From assembly GCA_019828565.1 (NCBI GenBank), contig JAHDYR010000012.1, forward strand, positions 1,116,001-1,180,000: a stretch of DNA of 64,000 bases, given 5' to 3'. The notes below the pieces were generated by a model. That model was not told where the DNA came from, made no database searches, and saw only the letters and a program-made list of their open reading frames with translations. The DNA comes from Carpediemonas membranifera BICM (lineage: Eukaryota > Protista > Fornicata). Both the position numbers and the translations under genes were made by a program. Positions within the stretch are counted from its first letter, which is position 1, and every line of letters begins with the position of its first letter. This document shows positions 62,062 through 64,000 of this stretch, in pieces.

Positions 62062-63639
62062 ATGCCCGATGAGCTAACGCTGCTTCTAGTTGGCAGTGGA
62101 CATGCAAACCTATCATTACTAGCTGTTTTAGCACGGCGTGGACAGGCGAATATTCGTGTTACTGTCGTGTCGCCGTCGCGAACAACATACTTGACGCCGC
62201 GGCAAGCATATTGCCTTGCAGACGCTGTTAACCCGAAGAAGGAAGAAAAGAAGACAACTGTTAGTGTTGTGGACTTCTGCCGCTGGTCTGGGGCCCGCTA
62301 CATCGAGAGCGAGGTGTCGTCCATCAGCGCATCTTCCAACAAGTCGGTCGCCGTCCTGGCTAACGGCGACGAGGTCCCCTTCGACTATGCGTGCGTGGCC
62401 GTGGGGTCGACTTCGCTTGGCCCCGTGTCGCTGCAAAAGCCCCAGCCCGGCGCGCCATCCCTTGCTGTGCCGCTGAGGCCGTACCCGGAGTTCCACAAGG
62501 CATTCTCGAAATTCTATGATTCTGTCAAATCTGGAACGATCCGGCTCCGTGGGACCCAGCCCAAGGAGGGCGGCAAGGTGTTCCGGGTGGTGGTCGTCGG
62601 GGATGGGCCCCAGGCGGTGGAGACCGCACTTGCTCTCAGGGTGAGGGGCAGGCAGCTTGAGATGGCCCACACAGACACAAAGGTGACCATCAAACTCGTC
62701 GGCAGCGAGAGACTCCCGTTCAAGGGCCGTGCAGTTTATGACCGTTTGGACAAGGAGCTAGTTCGGGCAGAAATCCAGTACATCCCGGGGCTGCCCATCG
62801 AGAGCGTCACCCATGCGTCTGCCTTCACCCCTGCGAGTGTGAAGATGCAGGACGAATCGATGCTATCCTTTGACCTCGGCGTCATGTGCCTCCCCTCAAC
62901 AAGAGCGGACTTGCCCAACTTCGGGCTGCCGGCCGACCCGGAGACAAACAGGTTTACCGTCGAGTCAACCCTGCAGGTGACTGGCATGCCCAACGTCTTC
63001 GCCCTTGGCAGCTGTGCGCTGATGCCCGGCAAGGAACCGCACCCCACGTGGACACACGGGTCGGACATCTCCCTGTCCCAGGGCACACACGTAGCGGGGG
63101 CCATCCTTAAGCTGGCCGCCCGACCCACAGCCAAGGTACCCAAGTTCAAACCCCCCCGCCGCAGCCTGGCCATCATGTCGTTCCTGAGGAAGAGGCCCCG
63201 AGTCATCCTCCCGAGGGGCGGGCCGGACGTGAAGCTGGCCAAGGGCGTGGCGTCCCGCAAGGCGTGGGCTGACCGAGACCGGACCGAGACCCGCCTGTTC
63301 GAGTCGTTCGACATCTACTGCCTCGCCAAGCCCCTCAACCGCCTGGCTTCCTGGGACTACTCGGAGGCCGCCCTGTCCCGCCCAGCGCCCGGTGTGGCAT
63401 CCCCGCCGCCCCGGACCCCGATGTCGCCCGTCCTCGGCGTCCGCTCCCCACCCCCGTCGTCATCGTACAGGCGGCCGTCAGGGGGGTCAGGGCCGGGCCT
63501 CACCGTGCCCCCACCCCCGCCCAGGGGCCCACCCAGCTTGAGGTCGCCCCCGCCGCCGATGTCTGCGTCGTCGCCTTCCATTGGGGCGAGGAAGCTACCA
63601 CCCCCAGCACCGAGCAGGCCACCGCCGATGCTGCGGTGA
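62062..63639 (+). CDS. Pyridine nucleotide-disulfide oxidoreductase-fold protein (like the NADH-dehydrogenase-like domain fused to bacterial SelD) with Pro-rich tail
   Basis: LLLVGSGHAN, VPFDYACVAVGS, VVVVGDGPQAVETALAL, VESTLQV..PNVFALG. Confidence 0.75.
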   Translation: MPDELTLLLVGSGHANLSLLAVLARRGQANIRVTVVSPSRTTYLTPRQAYCLADAVNPKKEEKKTTVSVVDFCRWSGARYIESEVSSISASSNKSVAVLANGDEVPFDYACVAVGSTSLGPVSLQKPQPGAPSLAVPLRPYPEFHKAFSKFYDSVKSGTIRLRGTQPKEGGKVFRVVVVGDGPQAVETALALRVRGRQLEMAHTDTKVTIKLVGSERLPFKGRAVYDRLDKELVRAEIQYIPGLPIESVTHASAFTPASVKMQDESMLSFDLGVMCLPSTRADLPNFGLPADPETNRFTVESTLQVTGMPNVFALGSCALMPGKEPHPTWTHGSDISLSQGTHVAGAILKLAARPTAKVPKFKPPRRSLAIMSFLRKRPRVILPRGGPDVKLAKGVASRKAWADRDRTETRLFESFDIYCLAKPLNRLASWDYSEAALSRPAPGVASPPPRTPMSPVLGVRSPPPSSSYRRPSGGSGPGLTVPPPPPRGPPSLRSPPPPMSASSPSIGARKLPPPAPSRPPPMLR

Positions 63640-63710
63640 ACAGCCCTGCATGTTGAATATTATAGGTAAACGCTCTTAGCGATATCACTTAGCACACTAC
63701 GGTATCCTTG

Positions 63711-64000
63711 ATGCGCTCAAAAACTACCGAAAAGTTGATGGCCGTGGATAAGAGTCGTGAATACAGAGCTCTCATCGATCAGGAGAACAGCAAAATAGCA
63801 GCAAAGAGGGTCGGAAAGCCGTTAGCTAGTGCTAGAAGCACGAGCAAGAGCCCGTTCGTTGTGATTGCGAGAAAACGGCCGATTCTCGCTGGCGATAGCA
63901 CCTTGTTACGTCCTGAGGATGTTATCAATAGCATCTACAGCTGTAGTCCCACCACCTATGTCCATCGATGCCAGGACAACGTCGACACGACCACCGCGAT
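63711..64000 (+). CDS. Probable kinesin-13-like motor, N-terminal fragment (runs off window; absent from the ORF track)
   Basis: Open frame MRSKTTEKLM...EYRALID...PFVVIARKRPI...EDVI...YVHRCQDNVDTT resembles the kinesin-13 neck plus VcVRKRPl...DVi...VHe..kVDlT. Confidence 0.55.
   Translation, partial: MRSKTTEKLMAVDKSREYRALIDQENSKIAAKRVGKPLASARSTSKSPFVVIARKRPILAGDSTLLRPEDVINSIYSCSPTTYVHRCQDNVDTTTA

Overview
This is gene-dense eukaryotic (protist) DNA. It has about 33 tightly packed genes with GC3-rich codons, very short 3' UTRs carrying a GTAAAY/ATAAAY signal, and rare spliceosomal introns of about 30 nt (donors GTATGT/GTTTGT/GTACGC). These traits, plus an SF-assemblin/beta-giardin gene and paralogous RCC1-like genes, suggest a free-living metamonad such as a Carpediemonas-like fornicate; this is an inference, not verified. 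Highlights: (1) the C-terminal half of a Fanzor (eukaryotic TnpB-like RNA-guided nuclease) at the left edge, followed by three hairpins that look like an omegaRNA scaffold and abut a host 3' UTR; (2) an apparently catalytically dead XerC/D-type tyrosine recombinase fused to a basic/acidic disordered N-terminus, a candidate domesticated DNA-binding protein; (3) a ~3.36-kb near-perfect inverted duplication of a KH-domain gene bracketing an alphaproteobacterial-type ornithine decarboxylase; (4) a 62-nt intron whose 32-nt internal hairpin leaves exactly the ~30-nt effective length of the other introns. The rest are housekeeping or signalling genes: sirtuin, GARP Myb, VHS-GAT, TKL and NDR kinases, lipase, WD40, SLC45-like and SLC12 transporters, cathepsin, CLU, Elf1, CAR-like GPCR, Bet1 SNARE and a partial kinesin-13. 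All family calls come from motif recognition by eye; no searches were run.
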